DNA from: Patescibacteria group bacterium
GTDB lineage: Bacteria > Patescibacteriota > Microgenomatia > Levybacterales > UBA12049
DNA length: 64,000 nucleotides
Direction: 5' to 3'
NCBI GenBank assembly: GCA_026004395.1
Contig: BPJB01000001.1
Coordinates: 777,226-841,225, forward strand
Below are positions 10,925 through 20,574 of this stretch, one piece after another. Numbering within the stretch: position 1 is the stretch's first letter; each line of letters opens with the position of its first letter. Made by a program: the position numbers and the translations under genes. The notes under the pieces are model-generated. The model was not told the DNA's origin and searched no databases. It saw nothing but the letters and a program-made list of their open reading frames with translations.

Positions 10925-11857
10925 TTAGTATAAACTTTTTAAAACATCAACAATCTGAGAAAGTGTTAATTTAGTTGGAATCATATTAGGATTTTTAGGT
11001 GTTCCATTTAGAAGCATTTTTTTGGATATGTGAAGATACCACGTGGCATCAGGATCTATCTTTGAGAGTTTCTCATAAGCATGTGTCAGATCAATATCGT
11101 CTTTCTCGCTTGATGCAGGCCTGACCTTTATCCGTACATAACCTTTTCGGGGATCCTTCCGAACTACGAGCAAATACCCCATTTTTTGTGCCAATTTGAG
11201 CACAGAATCGTTGACGGTCTCAAAGGCTATACCTTTTCCGCTTTTTAAGTTAAATTGAATTCCTCTCTCAGCTATTTCTTTTTCTGCCCAAATACGATTT
11301 TCAAATTCGTGAATAAGAGCATCCAAACACTGAATACCAAATGACATATAAAGATCGTCATTGTCAGGATGTGCAAGTTTAAGACCCTCAAGTACACCAA
11401 TTAGAGAGAATTCATGATAATCTGCAGTTGGATTGTCCCAAAAAACTTCTCTAAAATGATCTATCTGGACAATTACCTTAATTATCCTGTCTACAGCTTG
11501 AATATGTTCAGCAGTCATGGTAGTTCCTGTTTGTTGGAATTGATTTTTAATATAATCCCAAGTTAAACTTGCTGCACAAACAGTTTTTTCTGCTGTTTGA
11601 TGGTGATCAAGAGGAAGAAGTCCTGTGTCTACATGAATTAACTCATCCTCCTCAACAGTTACAATAGGCTCATAAGGAACTTCTTTGAGTTTTCTTAAAC
11701 GAGGGCTTCTCTCCCCTGCTGGAACAAACTCAACTTTTGCTTCCTGCCATCCTGAAAGGTACTTTTTTATCAGCCAGACACTTCCTATAGCATCCCAATC
11801 AGGAGCTGTATGAGTAACAATAATTTTCATGCTTGAAGTATAGCTGACTATTGACAT
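10925..11857 (-). CDS. DHH-family phosphoesterase (nanoRNase/pAp phosphatase-like)
   Basis: 310 aa. Motif I HTAPDWDAIGS and DHH motif (LPLDHHQ). Confidence 0.6.
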   Translation of the reverse strand: MSIVSYTSSMKIIVTHTAPDWDAIGSVWLIKKYLSGWQEAKVEFVPAGERSPRLRKLKEVPYEPIVTVEEDELIHVDTGLLPLDHHQTAEKTVCAASLTWDYIKNQFQQTGTTMTAEHIQAVDRIIKVIVQIDHFREVFWDNPTADYHEFSLIGVLEGLKLAHPDNDDLYMSFGIQCLDALIHEFENRIWAEKEIAERGIQFNLKSGKGIAFETVNDSVLKLAQKMGYLLVVRKDPRKGYVRIKVRPASSEKDDIDLTHAYEKLSKIDPDATWYLHISKKMLLNGTPKNPNMIPTKLTLSQIVDVLKSLY

Positions 11858-11973
11858 TACTTCAATCCCATCAACTTACAGAAAAAGTAACAGTCGTAAC
11901 AATTCTCACCTTGACAAACACCCTAATATCTTGGATTATAAAATTAGTAACTTATCGAAAAGACTATAAAAAT

Positions 11974-12462
11974 ATGGATCCTAATAAAAATCTAAATACA
12001 CTTGATCCAAAACTGAAAGAGGTTTATGAAAGAGTTATGGGAACAAGTACTCCCATTAACTCATCTCCTCAAACACAACAGCAACAATCCTCCCCACCTC
12101 CATCACCTGCTATCCCTGCACAACAACCTACAATCCCCCATCCACCTTCTTCTAATGCAAAAACTACACCGACTCTTAATGACAAACCCATAATTAATTA
12201 CGCAGCAATAACAGCAAAACCCTCCTCTGACCATTCTGCGCCAAAAATCTTTAAACCATCCGAACCACAAACTACATCCTTTGGTGTGGTGAATACTGGA
12301 AATGAAAAATCAAAACAAGAAGCTGTCGATACTGAAAATAAAAAGTCGAAAATAAAGATGATATTATTATTAATCTTGATACCCTTATTTCTTATAGCTT
12401 ATACTTTTGTGTGGATTATAATCTTCGGAGTTGATGTTATGAGTATTATCTCTAATAAATAA
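11974..12462 (+). CDS. Hypothetical proline-rich protein with C-terminal TM anchor
   Basis: ORF track starts at 11851, but the likely start is MDPNKN at 11974. Pro/Gln-rich low complexity, C-terminal hydrophobic helix (ILLLILIPLFLIAYTFVWIIIFG). Confidence 0.3.
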   Translation: MDPNKNLNTLDPKLKEVYERVMGTSTPINSSPQTQQQQSSPPPSPAIPAQQPTIPHPPSSNAKTTPTLNDKPIINYAAITAKPSSDHSAPKIFKPSEPQTTSFGVVNTGNEKSKQEAVDTENKKSKIKMILLLILIPLFLIAYTFVWIIIFGVDVMSIISNK

Positions 12463-12497
12463 AACTACTTTAAAACCTGCTACAAGTTTTGATCAGT

Positions 12498-13760
12498 TCA
12501 GTTATTACTTGACAACAATCGTTTGATTACCTCTTCTATAGTGATAACTTCAGTTTTGTATTCAGATCGTTTTTTCCACTCAATAAAATACTTGTTTACT
12601 TTTTGTAAACCCTCGGAAATAGTTTTATGACTGACGACAAGTCTAACTGGAATACCAATAAGATCAGCATCAGCAAATTTTTGACCAGGATTTACGTCTT
12701 CTCTATCATCGTATAATACTTCAATACCTGCATCTTTTAATCTCTGATAGACTTCTTCTATTGTTTGTTTTATAAACTGATCGCTATTCATTAGCCCAAC
12801 TAAGTGGACTTGATAAGGTGCAACTGATAGAGGCCAAATAATGCCTTTTTCATCATGTGATACCTCAACAATTGTTCCCATAACGCGCGTTGGACCTATA
12901 CCATAACTCCCAAACCATATCGGTTTTCTGCTCCCATCCCGATCTGTAAAATACGCTCCCATTTTTTCAGAGTAAAAAGTACCTAATGGAAAAATATTCC
13001 CAACTTCAATCGCTTGAGCTGATTGGATAGATGTATCTTGAAGTTCTTGCTCAGTCATGACTTCCTTATTCTTGGCGAACTTCCATTCATCTTTCCAATA
13101 AATTGTATCCTCACCCTGCGGGCAAAGAACTTGAAATTCGTGTGTATGCTCCTTAGTGAAAACTCCTCCTGAAGCTTCGGTAATTTTGGCATCAAGACCC
13201 ATTCTCTGAAAAGCCCTGATATATGCATCTGCTACTTCCCAATAGTATTTCATCAAATCTTCTTTGCTTGTATGGGCACTATAAAGATCTTTCATAAGAA
13301 ACTCCCTACCTCTAAGAATACCTGATTTTGCACGTGGTTCATTTCTAAACTTTGTTGAAAAATGATAAATTTTTACTGGAAGATCTTTATAGGAAGTAAC
13401 GTGTTTGCGTATAAGATCCATCACAATCTCCTCATGAGTAAATGAAAGCGCATACTCTCGATCATTCTTTTCAAACTGATACATCACTTCTCTTGCTTTA
13501 TCCCACCTTCCGGTCTCATTCCAAATTTCTTTAGGATGAAGAAGCGGCATAAGTATCTCTTGCGCGCCTGTTTTATTCATCTCCTCACGAATAATCTGTT
13601 CAATCTTACGCTCAACACGACGTCCCAGAGGTAAAAGAGTATATGATCCTGCCATTAACTTATCAATAAATCCAGCGCGGATCAACAACTTAGCATTGAT
13701 AGCGACTTCATCCTTAGGGGCTTCTTTGATTGTTTTTGGGAACAACTGCGAGTATCTCAT
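12498..13760 (-). CDS. proS: Prolyl-tRNA synthetase (short form without INS editing domain)
   Basis: 420 aa. Class II aaRS motifs and ProRS-type N-terminus (MRYSQLF.PT.KE.P..A...S..LL.RAGFI....AG.Y..LPLG). Too short to contain the bacterial INS domain. Confidence 0.85.
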   Translation of the reverse strand: MRYSQLFPKTIKEAPKDEVAINAKLLIRAGFIDKLMAGSYTLLPLGRRVERKIEQIIREEMNKTGAQEILMPLLHPKEIWNETGRWDKAREVMYQFEKNDREYALSFTHEEIVMDLIRKHVTSYKDLPVKIYHFSTKFRNEPRAKSGILRGREFLMKDLYSAHTSKEDLMKYYWEVADAYIRAFQRMGLDAKITEASGGVFTKEHTHEFQVLCPQGEDTIYWKDEWKFAKNKEVMTEQELQDTSIQSAQAIEVGNIFPLGTFYSEKMGAYFTDRDGSRKPIWFGSYGIGPTRVMGTIVEVSHDEKGIIWPLSVAPYQVHLVGLMNSDQFIKQTIEEVYQRLKDAGIEVLYDDREDVNPGQKFADADLIGIPVRLVVSHKTISEGLQKVNKYFIEWKKRSEYKTEVITIEEVIKRLLSSNN

Positions 13761-14072
13761 GATTTATAATATAGCATGTTTTATCCATTACTCAAGCATC
13801 AATTATCTTTTTTTAGAGATTTTTTAGAGGTGAAACCTCTAAAAGCAATTTTCAGAGAAAAGATTGTCATTTGGGTCTAAATAGGGGTTAAACCTCTATT
13901 TTTGTTATGTTTAAAAATTTTCATCAAATCTAGAATATCTTTATATAGAAAATAATTTTTATAGAAGTCAAAGATTCACCACAAAAAACTTGCAAATAAA
14001 AAATTTATTAGAGTTAAGGGCACTTCAGAAGTGAACACCGATTCAGTATAAGAAGACAACTAAAAAATAAAA

Positions 14073-15008
14073 TTATTTTTTATGAACTATATGTCCACCA
14101 AATTCATGTCGAAGAGCAGCTATCAAACGCGCTGCTAATGAATTACGAACGTTATCTTCTTTTTTTGAACGGTAACGAAAAGTAAGTGCTTGTTCGATAT
14201 TTTCAATAGGCACTCCCTCTTCCTTAGCCTGTGTCACTGTCCACTCCGCCTCACCTGTCGCATCTATAACACCATCTATCTGTGAAAGTGTTGGATCTTT
14301 CTCCAGCGCATTTTTTGCACACTCCATTAAAAAGCTTGTGATTATTGTTCCTCTCTGCCAGAGTTTTGCTACTTTGACAAGATCAATATTATAAGGAGAC
14401 TTCTCTAGTACGCCAAATCCCTCTCCTATGGCTTGCATCATCCCGTATTCAATACCATTATGGACCATTTTCACAAAATGTCCTGCACCACCCTCACCAA
14501 AATACTCATAACCTCCATGAGGTTTTATCAATGTTTCTAATAACGGCTTTATTCTATTGAATCCTGATATGTCTCCTCCTATCATAAGCGGATATCCATT
14601 CTCAGCTGCTTTTATACCTCCGCTTACACCTATCCCAAGATAACTAATCCCTTTCTGTTGAAAATATCTGAATCGTTTTTCTGTATCTTTATAATAGGAA
14701 TTTCCTCCATCTATAAGGATATCTCCTTTTTCAATATATCTATCGAGTTCTCCGATTACACTCTCTGTTGCTTCACCAGCAGGTAGCATTAGCCAGATAA
14801 TACGGGGAGGCTGAAGCTTATAGACCAAACTTTTGATACTTTCTGCAGATGTTAAATAATCAGCAAGCTTTTTCTCTGCCACTACAAAGCTAAAATCATC
14901 TACAACACTTTTTGTTCTATTCCATACCACTACAGTATGACCGCCCAAAAGCAGCTTCTCTACCATTCTCTTACCCATTTTTCCTAGGCCAACAAAACCA
15001 ATCTGCAT
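14073..15008 (-). CDS. gnd: 6-phosphogluconate dehydrogenase (decarboxylating), short Gnd/YqeC-type
   Basis: 311 aa. Rossmann N-terminus MQIGFVGLGKMGKRMVEKLL..GH.V.V.NRT and 6PGDH-like C-terminal region. Adjacent to zwf and pgl. Confidence 0.7.
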   Translation of the reverse strand: MQIGFVGLGKMGKRMVEKLLLGGHTVVVWNRTKSVVDDFSFVVAEKKLADYLTSAESIKSLVYKLQPPRIIWLMLPAGEATESVIGELDRYIEKGDILIDGGNSYYKDTEKRFRYFQQKGISYLGIGVSGGIKAAENGYPLMIGGDISGFNRIKPLLETLIKPHGGYEYFGEGGAGHFVKMVHNGIEYGMMQAIGEGFGVLEKSPYNIDLVKVAKLWQRGTIITSFLMECAKNALEKDPTLSQIDGVIDATGEAEWTVTQAKEEGVPIENIEQALTFRYRSKKEDNVRNSLAARLIAALRHEFGGHIVHKK

Positions 15009-15191
15009 ACTGTTATGCTAGCATTATTCTCCTGCAAGCTCAAGAAAGATCTAGATCCATCTTTACCTCAAACTACAGACTATTTGTACAGAAAAATCAC
15101 AAATCTACTAACTTACTTAACTAACAAGTAGTATTTATCCTTTTATTCAAGATGCAATTTTGTTTTCTTTGTGTACATAGATTTATTTTTC

Positions 15192-16655
15192 TTAAAGCCA
15201 ATATCTACCATCTCTTTTAATAAGATCATCAGCTTCTTTAGGACCTTGCGAGTTATCCTCATAGAGTATAAGTGGAGTTTTATATTCATCCCATCCTTTA
15301 AGAATATTTGTTATAAACTGCCAGGAACTTAATAACTCATCTGTTCTATTAAAAAGCATTTGTTCACCCGAAAAAATATCCAGAAGTAGCTTTTCATATG
15401 CATTTTTACCATCTTGCCCAAAATAATCACGATAGCTAAAATTCATTTGTACAGGCTCAAGAGCTAACGTCGACTGTGGTTTTTTGACGATAAAGCGCAT
15501 GTTAATGCCTTCGTCAGGTTGAATACGAATAGTAATGACATTGCCGATCTCTGGACATCCATATTCTTTAAAAAGAATATGACATGTTTGAGTAAAAACT
15601 ATACTAATTTGTACAAGATCCTTATCTAATTTTTTTCCTGTTTTGGCATATATGGGAATCCCTTCCATACGTTCCGTGTTCATAAAAAACTTCATTGCGA
15701 CAAATGTTTCTGTTTGTGAATGAGGATCAACATCTTTTTCTTGCCTATAGCTTCTATACTGTCCTCTAACCACCATTTCTCCTACTTTTTCAGGATCAAT
15801 GCACTCAATTGCTTCTATTGCCTTTGCGCGTGCATCACGAACGTCTTCTTTTGTAAAGGATCTAGGTTGTTCCATAGTTACAGCAGCAACTAACTGAAGA
15901 AGGTGATTCTGAGCAACATCACGAAGATTTCCAACACCATCATAAAATTTACCGCGTTCCCCAATTCCATTTTTCTCACTGAGGATTACTTGAATATGAT
16001 CTATATATCTTCTGTTCCAAACAGGCTCAAAAATACCATTCGCAAAACGAAACGCTAGCATATTCTGGACATTTTCTTTTCCTAAATAATGATCAACACG
16101 AAAGATTTGCCGTTCTTCGAATATTTCAGCAAGTTTGCGATCGAGCATCTTTGCCGTCTCAAGATCTTTGCCAAAAGGTTTTTCGATAGCAATTCGTGTA
16201 TACTGTCTACCGTCTTCCTGCAACTTACGCGTTGGAAAATGCAAAGTGCACCCTTGTGTAAGTTGAGTTGCTTTAAGATGATCAAGAATTATCTCGTAAT
16301 TATCAGGAGGAGTAGCTAAATAAAAAATCCTTATTGCGCATACTTTGTTTTTATCTATCGCATTCAGCTTCTCAATCAACTCACGATATCCTGAATCTTC
16401 CTCAAACCTCCCATGCTGGTAATACAAATGAGTAGCAAACTCCCTCCACTTACTCTGATGATACGTATCATTAGAGTAAACGAATGCGAGCTTGCGAAAT
16501 TCTTCGTCTGTTAAATCACGCCGGGAAAATCCAAAAATAAAAAAATCAGATGGAAGAACACCCTGCATAAAAAGCGAAAATAGGGCTGGAATTAATTTGC
16601 GCCTGGCAAGATCTCCTGTGGCGCCAAAGATAACAAGAATAAAAGGTGAAGTCAT
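15192..16655 (-). CDS. zwf: Glucose-6-phosphate 1-dehydrogenase
   Basis: 487 aa. NADP-binding GATGDLA..K..PAL, active-site RVDHYLGKE and EKPFG motifs. Confidence 0.9.
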   Translation of the reverse strand: MTSPFILVIFGATGDLARRKLIPALFSLFMQGVLPSDFFIFGFSRRDLTDEEFRKLAFVYSNDTYHQSKWREFATHLYYQHGRFEEDSGYRELIEKLNAIDKNKVCAIRIFYLATPPDNYEIILDHLKATQLTQGCTLHFPTRKLQEDGRQYTRIAIEKPFGKDLETAKMLDRKLAEIFEERQIFRVDHYLGKENVQNMLAFRFANGIFEPVWNRRYIDHIQVILSEKNGIGERGKFYDGVGNLRDVAQNHLLQLVAAVTMEQPRSFTKEDVRDARAKAIEAIECIDPEKVGEMVVRGQYRSYRQEKDVDPHSQTETFVAMKFFMNTERMEGIPIYAKTGKKLDKDLVQISIVFTQTCHILFKEYGCPEIGNVITIRIQPDEGINMRFIVKKPQSTLALEPVQMNFSYRDYFGQDGKNAYEKLLLDIFSGEQMLFNRTDELLSSWQFITNILKGWDEYKTPLILYEDNSQGPKEADDLIKRDGRYWL

Positions 16656-16725
16656 GATTTAAAGTTAAAATTCAAAAATTATTTACTTTTCCCTCTTAAG
16701 TTTTCATTTAAGTTTTAATTTCATT

Positions 16726-17526
16726 TTACACTCTTCTATCAGTAATGAAAACTGTTTTTTCAGCTATTTCCGGAATTGTCAAAAAACGAGCGGGAACTTC
16801 CTCTTTTCTGCCTTCAGAGAACATGAGATCAATCGCATTTTGCTTTTCATCCCCAAAGACTAAAACAAGAAGGATATCAAGCATTGATAAACCAAGAAAT
16901 GTCATACTCACTCTCTCTTTAAATGGACCCTCCAAATCTGCAAAAAATGAAACAAATAAACTTTTCTGGTCAGAATTAAACATCGGATTGTAAAACTCTG
17001 CTTTATTGATAACACTTTGAGGAGAATTTAAAGGACGATTTCCGGCAATACCTGCTATATGTCCATCAACACCTATCCCCAATATACCAACACTTTTAGG
17101 AAAACCAGAAAAAAGATATCGGACAGTTATATCATAATTATCAGCTGTTCCTTTTAAGTCAAGATGCTCTTCTTGTAGAATTGGATAGAAAGGAATATTA
17201 TTCACTTCAAGATAATGAAGCAAACCTGTGTCTTGGATCATCTTCTCATTACTACTGTTATGTAATTTCTTTCCATACCTTTCATCAATTAGAGCAACTG
17301 CTCCAGGCAGAATTTTTCGATCATTGGCTAGATTTGCATACAAATCTTTTGGAGTTCTTCCGCCAGAAAGATAAAGAACAGTTTTTTTATCAACAATTGA
17401 ATATAAAAGCTCACGAGCAAGCTTGAATCCTTCATACATCATAGAAACTCTAAAGATAGTAATTCCGTCGCGTTGCGTAAAAATAATGTTATTTTCCTGA
17501 ATAAAATTTTTGATAGGATCAATCAT
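16726..17526 (-). CDS. pgl: 6-phosphogluconolactonase (NagB/Pgl family)
   Basis: 266 aa. Family pattern LSGGRTPK..Y..L......W..V.....DER. Assignment to Pgl rather than NagB is from zwf/gnd context. Confidence 0.6.
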   Translation of the reverse strand: MIDPIKNFIQENNIIFTQRDGITIFRVSMMYEGFKLARELLYSIVDKKTVLYLSGGRTPKDLYANLANDRKILPGAVALIDERYGKKLHNSSNEKMIQDTGLLHYLEVNNIPFYPILQEEHLDLKGTADNYDITVRYLFSGFPKSVGILGIGVDGHIAGIAGNRPLNSPQSVINKAEFYNPMFNSDQKSLFVSFFADLEGPFKERVSMTFLGLSMLDILLVLVFGDEKQNAIDLMFSEGRKEEVPARFLTIPEIAEKTVFITDRRV

Positions 17527-17604
17527 CTAAGTGTAGGTTATAACATATAATTTTTTTTAATCCTAGAGGGATACGCCTTTTCTAAAACAATACTTTCTCT
17601 TCTA

Positions 17605-18846
17605 CTAGAGTAAGAATTGGAAAATATCCTTAAATGTAACCAGAAGAATCAATGTCAAAAGTAAAGCCATTCCTACAGTATGTGCTAGAGCCTCGTACTT
17701 AGGGTTAATCTTTCTACCACTTATACCCTCAATCAGAATAAAAAATAGACGTCCGCCATCAAGAGCAGGAATCGGAAGAATATTAAAAAAGGCAAGTGAT
17801 ATGGAAAGCATACCAGCTAAATTTAACCACCCTAAGATTCTCTCCTTGATCTCAGGAAATTTACCAATATCACCCACGACGCTTATAATCCCAACAGGAC
17901 CAGAGACAGCAGTTCCCAAAGGCTCAGCACTTCTTTCTTGGATTGATATTGCAACCAGCTTTTTGAGTAAATCAAATTGATAGATAAAAAGGCTCAAAGG
18001 ATGAACTATCCCTGAAACCAAACGTTGAGTGAATGTATCGTACCTTACCACAAAATATTCATCCGCGCTAAACTGAATACCTAACGCTCCTTGATCCTTC
18101 GGAGGATTCTCACGAGGAATTATAACTTTCTCCATCTTTTCACCTGTTATTAAATCTGTAAATTCAAAGCGTAACTTTTCGCCCTTGTGCTCTTGAATGA
18201 AATTAGTGAAGGATTTAATGTCTTTTATAGGCTCTCCATTAACTTTTGTAATTGCCAGACAACTTTTTTCGGAACAGCCTGTTAGACCTGCTTTTTCTGC
18301 TGGAGAATTGGGAGCAATATTATTAATAATAAAACTTTTTACTTTTACCTCTTGATTAGCACCAATAAAAGTAAAATCCTTTGTACCTGGAAAAAGCGGA
18401 ATATTTGTCTTAAAACCTGAAATACCCAGAAAAATATAATAAATGAAAATTGCCAATAAAACATTCATGACTACTCCAGCAACTACTACCGCAGCGCGTT
18501 GTCTTACCGGACGTGTAAAAAAAGCTCGATCAAGATTTTTCTTGGGTAGTTTGGATTGTGGTATTTTGACTGCTCCAGCTCCTGCCTCATCCTCACCATA
18601 AAGCTTTACAAATCCTCCTATCGGAAGCCAATTAATAGAATAAATAGTCTCGCCTATTTTTTTGCCCCATAATCTAGGTGGGAGTCCGTAACCAAATTCT
18701 TCGACCTTGATATTGAACTTTTTTGCCATTATAAAATGACCAAATTCATGAATAAGAACAAGTAATGAAAGTATAAGTAAAAAAACAAAAGCAGTAAGGA
18801 GCATAATAAGAGTTAGATTATAACAAGAAAATAAGAAATAACGCAA
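17605..18846 (-). CDS. rseP: RIP metalloprotease RseP (site-2 protease, M50 family)
   Basis: 413 aa. HExxH (LIHEFGHFIMAKKF), internal PDZ region, C-terminal LDGG motif (IPIPALDGGRLFF). Confidence 0.8.
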   Translation of the reverse strand: MRYFLFSCYNLTLIMLLTAFVFLLILSLLVLIHEFGHFIMAKKFNIKVEEFGYGLPPRLWGKKIGETIYSINWLPIGGFVKLYGEDEAGAGAVKIPQSKLPKKNLDRAFFTRPVRQRAAVVVAGVVMNVLLAIFIYYIFLGISGFKTNIPLFPGTKDFTFIGANQEVKVKSFIINNIAPNSPAEKAGLTGCSEKSCLAITKVNGEPIKDIKSFTNFIQEHKGEKLRFEFTDLITGEKMEKVIIPRENPPKDQGALGIQFSADEYFVVRYDTFTQRLVSGIVHPLSLFIYQFDLLKKLVAISIQERSAEPLGTAVSGPVGIISVVGDIGKFPEIKERILGWLNLAGMLSISLAFFNILPIPALDGGRLFFILIEGISGRKINPKYEALAHTVGMALLLTLILLVTFKDIFQFLL

Positions 18847-18927
18847 ATCCCAAACAATAAAATTAACTAAAATAACTCAACAAATTTGATATACTTCTGT
18901 TCTTCTTTTTGTTTGAGTAGTTATTGG

Positions 18928-19512
18928 TTATATTTGCATTAATTCTTCTTCTTTTTGTTTACCCATTGAATCAATTGTTTCCATTGTCTCATCAATTATT
19001 TTCTGTACTTCTTTTTCAAGACGGTGCATATCATCATCTGAGATCATTTTTTCCTCATGCATCTTTTTTATCTCTGTCATCGCATCGTGTCTAGCTTGAC
19101 GGATCATAATTCTGCCATTTTCTAATTTATGACGCATTAATTTTGTAAGCTCCTCACGCCTCTCTTGAGAAAGGGGCGGAATAGTAATACGAATAACACG
19201 ACCATCATCAACTGGATTTAAACCGGCTCCTGATTCCAAAATACCCTTGCGGATATCTTCACGTGTAGATTGATCAAATGGAGTAATAACTAATGTCTGA
19301 GGATCACTTGCTGAAATTGTTGCTAGCTCTAAAACCTTCAATTTTGTCGATCCGCCATATGTGACAATAGGGATATTCTCTACAAGACTCGGAGCTGCTC
19401 TACCAGTGCGCATAGTACCAAGATCGTGTTTAATCAAATCAAGTACCTTCTGAATTTGTTCCGTTAGATTTCTCAAAACGTCCTGCATATAAACATCAAG
19501 AATATTATACAC
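18928..19512 (-). CDS. frr: Ribosome recycling factor
   Basis: 194 aa with typical RRF composition (R.GRA.P..L....V.YYG......Q.A.I......L.I.PFD.S). Confidence 0.85.
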   Translation of the reverse strand: MYNILDVYMQDVLRNLTEQIQKVLDLIKHDLGTMRTGRAAPSLVENIPIVTYGGSTKLKVLELATISASDPQTLVITPFDQSTREDIRKGILESGAGLNPVDDGRVIRITIPPLSQERREELTKLMRHKLENGRIMIRQARHDAMTEIKKMHEEKMISDDDMHRLEKEVQKIIDETMETIDSMGKQKEEELMQI

Positions 19513-19532
19513 TAGTCAGTGATAGATTCAAC

Positions 19533-20096
19533 TTAATCGTTATCTGTGGGCTCAATACCTCTGACTGGATTTAAGATAGCTTTTCTTACAGCTAACAAAA
19601 ACGGATTTTCACCTTTTGCAGACAAAGGAGGTTGCTGACGAAAAAGAACTTCTCCACCTGTTCTAATGACAACTTCTCCTGTTCTGACCAGTGCATCTAC
19701 AGCAAGATGATTAAACGAGCGACCACTATCTTCCTCTTTAAAATCCCATCTAAATGTTATAGTCGCTGCACCCATCATGCGATCTACAAAAAATCCACTT
19801 ATCTCCAAATCTGCAGGAATATCCTTTTGAACTATCCTCCCATCCTGATTTCGTGTTGTAAAGGAAAAAAATGCAGTCGCTAGGCGCTCCCTACTCTCTC
19901 TACCAACAATATCTCCATTAGGTTTTTCTGTTCCTAAAGTTAAACCAAAGGCATTTTTGAAAAGATTGCGGCCTATTGTTTCTACATGTTTTCTATAAAA
20001 TTCTTCTTCTTGTTCTCTATATTCTATATATCTTCTTGTATAATTTTCTACCATAATATTTAATCTGAAATGAAAATTGGAAAATAATTTAATCAA
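19533..20096 (-). CDS. Hypothetical protein occupying the usual pyrH position
   Basis: 187 aa ORF between frr and tsf. No amino-acid-kinase (UMP kinase) motifs and no recognisable domain. Confidence 0.35.
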   Translation of the reverse strand: MIKLFSNFHFRLNIMVENYTRRYIEYREQEEEFYRKHVETIGRNLFKNAFGLTLGTEKPNGDIVGRESRERLATAFFSFTTRNQDGRIVQKDIPADLEISGFFVDRMMGAATITFRWDFKEEDSGRSFNHLAVDALVRTGEVVIRTGGEVLFRQQPPLSAKGENPFLLAVRKAILNPVRGIEPTDND

Positions 20097-20563
20097 ATTT
20101 CATAACGGGTAAATTCCCGCAGAGTGATATTCTCTCCTAGTTTACCAATAACACTTTTTATAAGTTCTGAAACAGTCATTGATGTATCACGAATATACTC
20201 CTGTTTATAGAGTTCTTCAACAGTTTTAGGATTCATGGCAGCAATCTGCATACCCAACTCTTTCGCAAGATGTTTAAATTCATCTGTCTTAGCCACAAAA
20301 TCTGTTTCACAAAGTAGCACAAGAAGAACACCTACTTTTCCTCCATGATGTATATAGCAATCAACAATACCCTGAGATGTTACGCGATCAGTTTTCTTTT
20401 CTGCTTTTTCCAAGCCACGTTTCTTAAGCCATTCTTTAGCTTTCTCATAATCATTATTTGTCTCCTCAAGTGCCACCCTGCAATCAGCAATAGAGGCTGA
20501 TGTTTCTGATCGAAGTTTTTTAAGAAGTTCTATATTCGCTTGTTTCATATTTTTTAAATCCAT
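20093..20563 (-). CDS. tsf: Elongation factor Ts (short form)
   Basis: 156 aa. N-terminal UBA-like LRSETSASIADCRVALEETNNDYEKAKEWLKKRG and EF-Ts core (VLLVLLCETDFVAKTDEF..LAKELGMQIAA). 4-nt overlap with the upstream gene. Confidence 0.75.
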   Translation of the reverse strand: MDLKNMKQANIELLKKLRSETSASIADCRVALEETNNDYEKAKEWLKKRGLEKAEKKTDRVTSQGIVDCYIHHGGKVGVLLVLLCETDFVAKTDEFKHLAKELGMQIAAMNPKTVEELYKQEYIRDTSMTVSELIKSVIGKLGENITLREFTRYEI

Positions 20564-20574
20564 AAAGAATAAAT

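Noticed and set aside
19533-20096. Considered calling this gene pyrH (UMP kinase) from operon position
   Set aside because: No amino-acid-kinase family motifs (no GGG.x.R / KLSGE-like segments). Kept as hypothetical.
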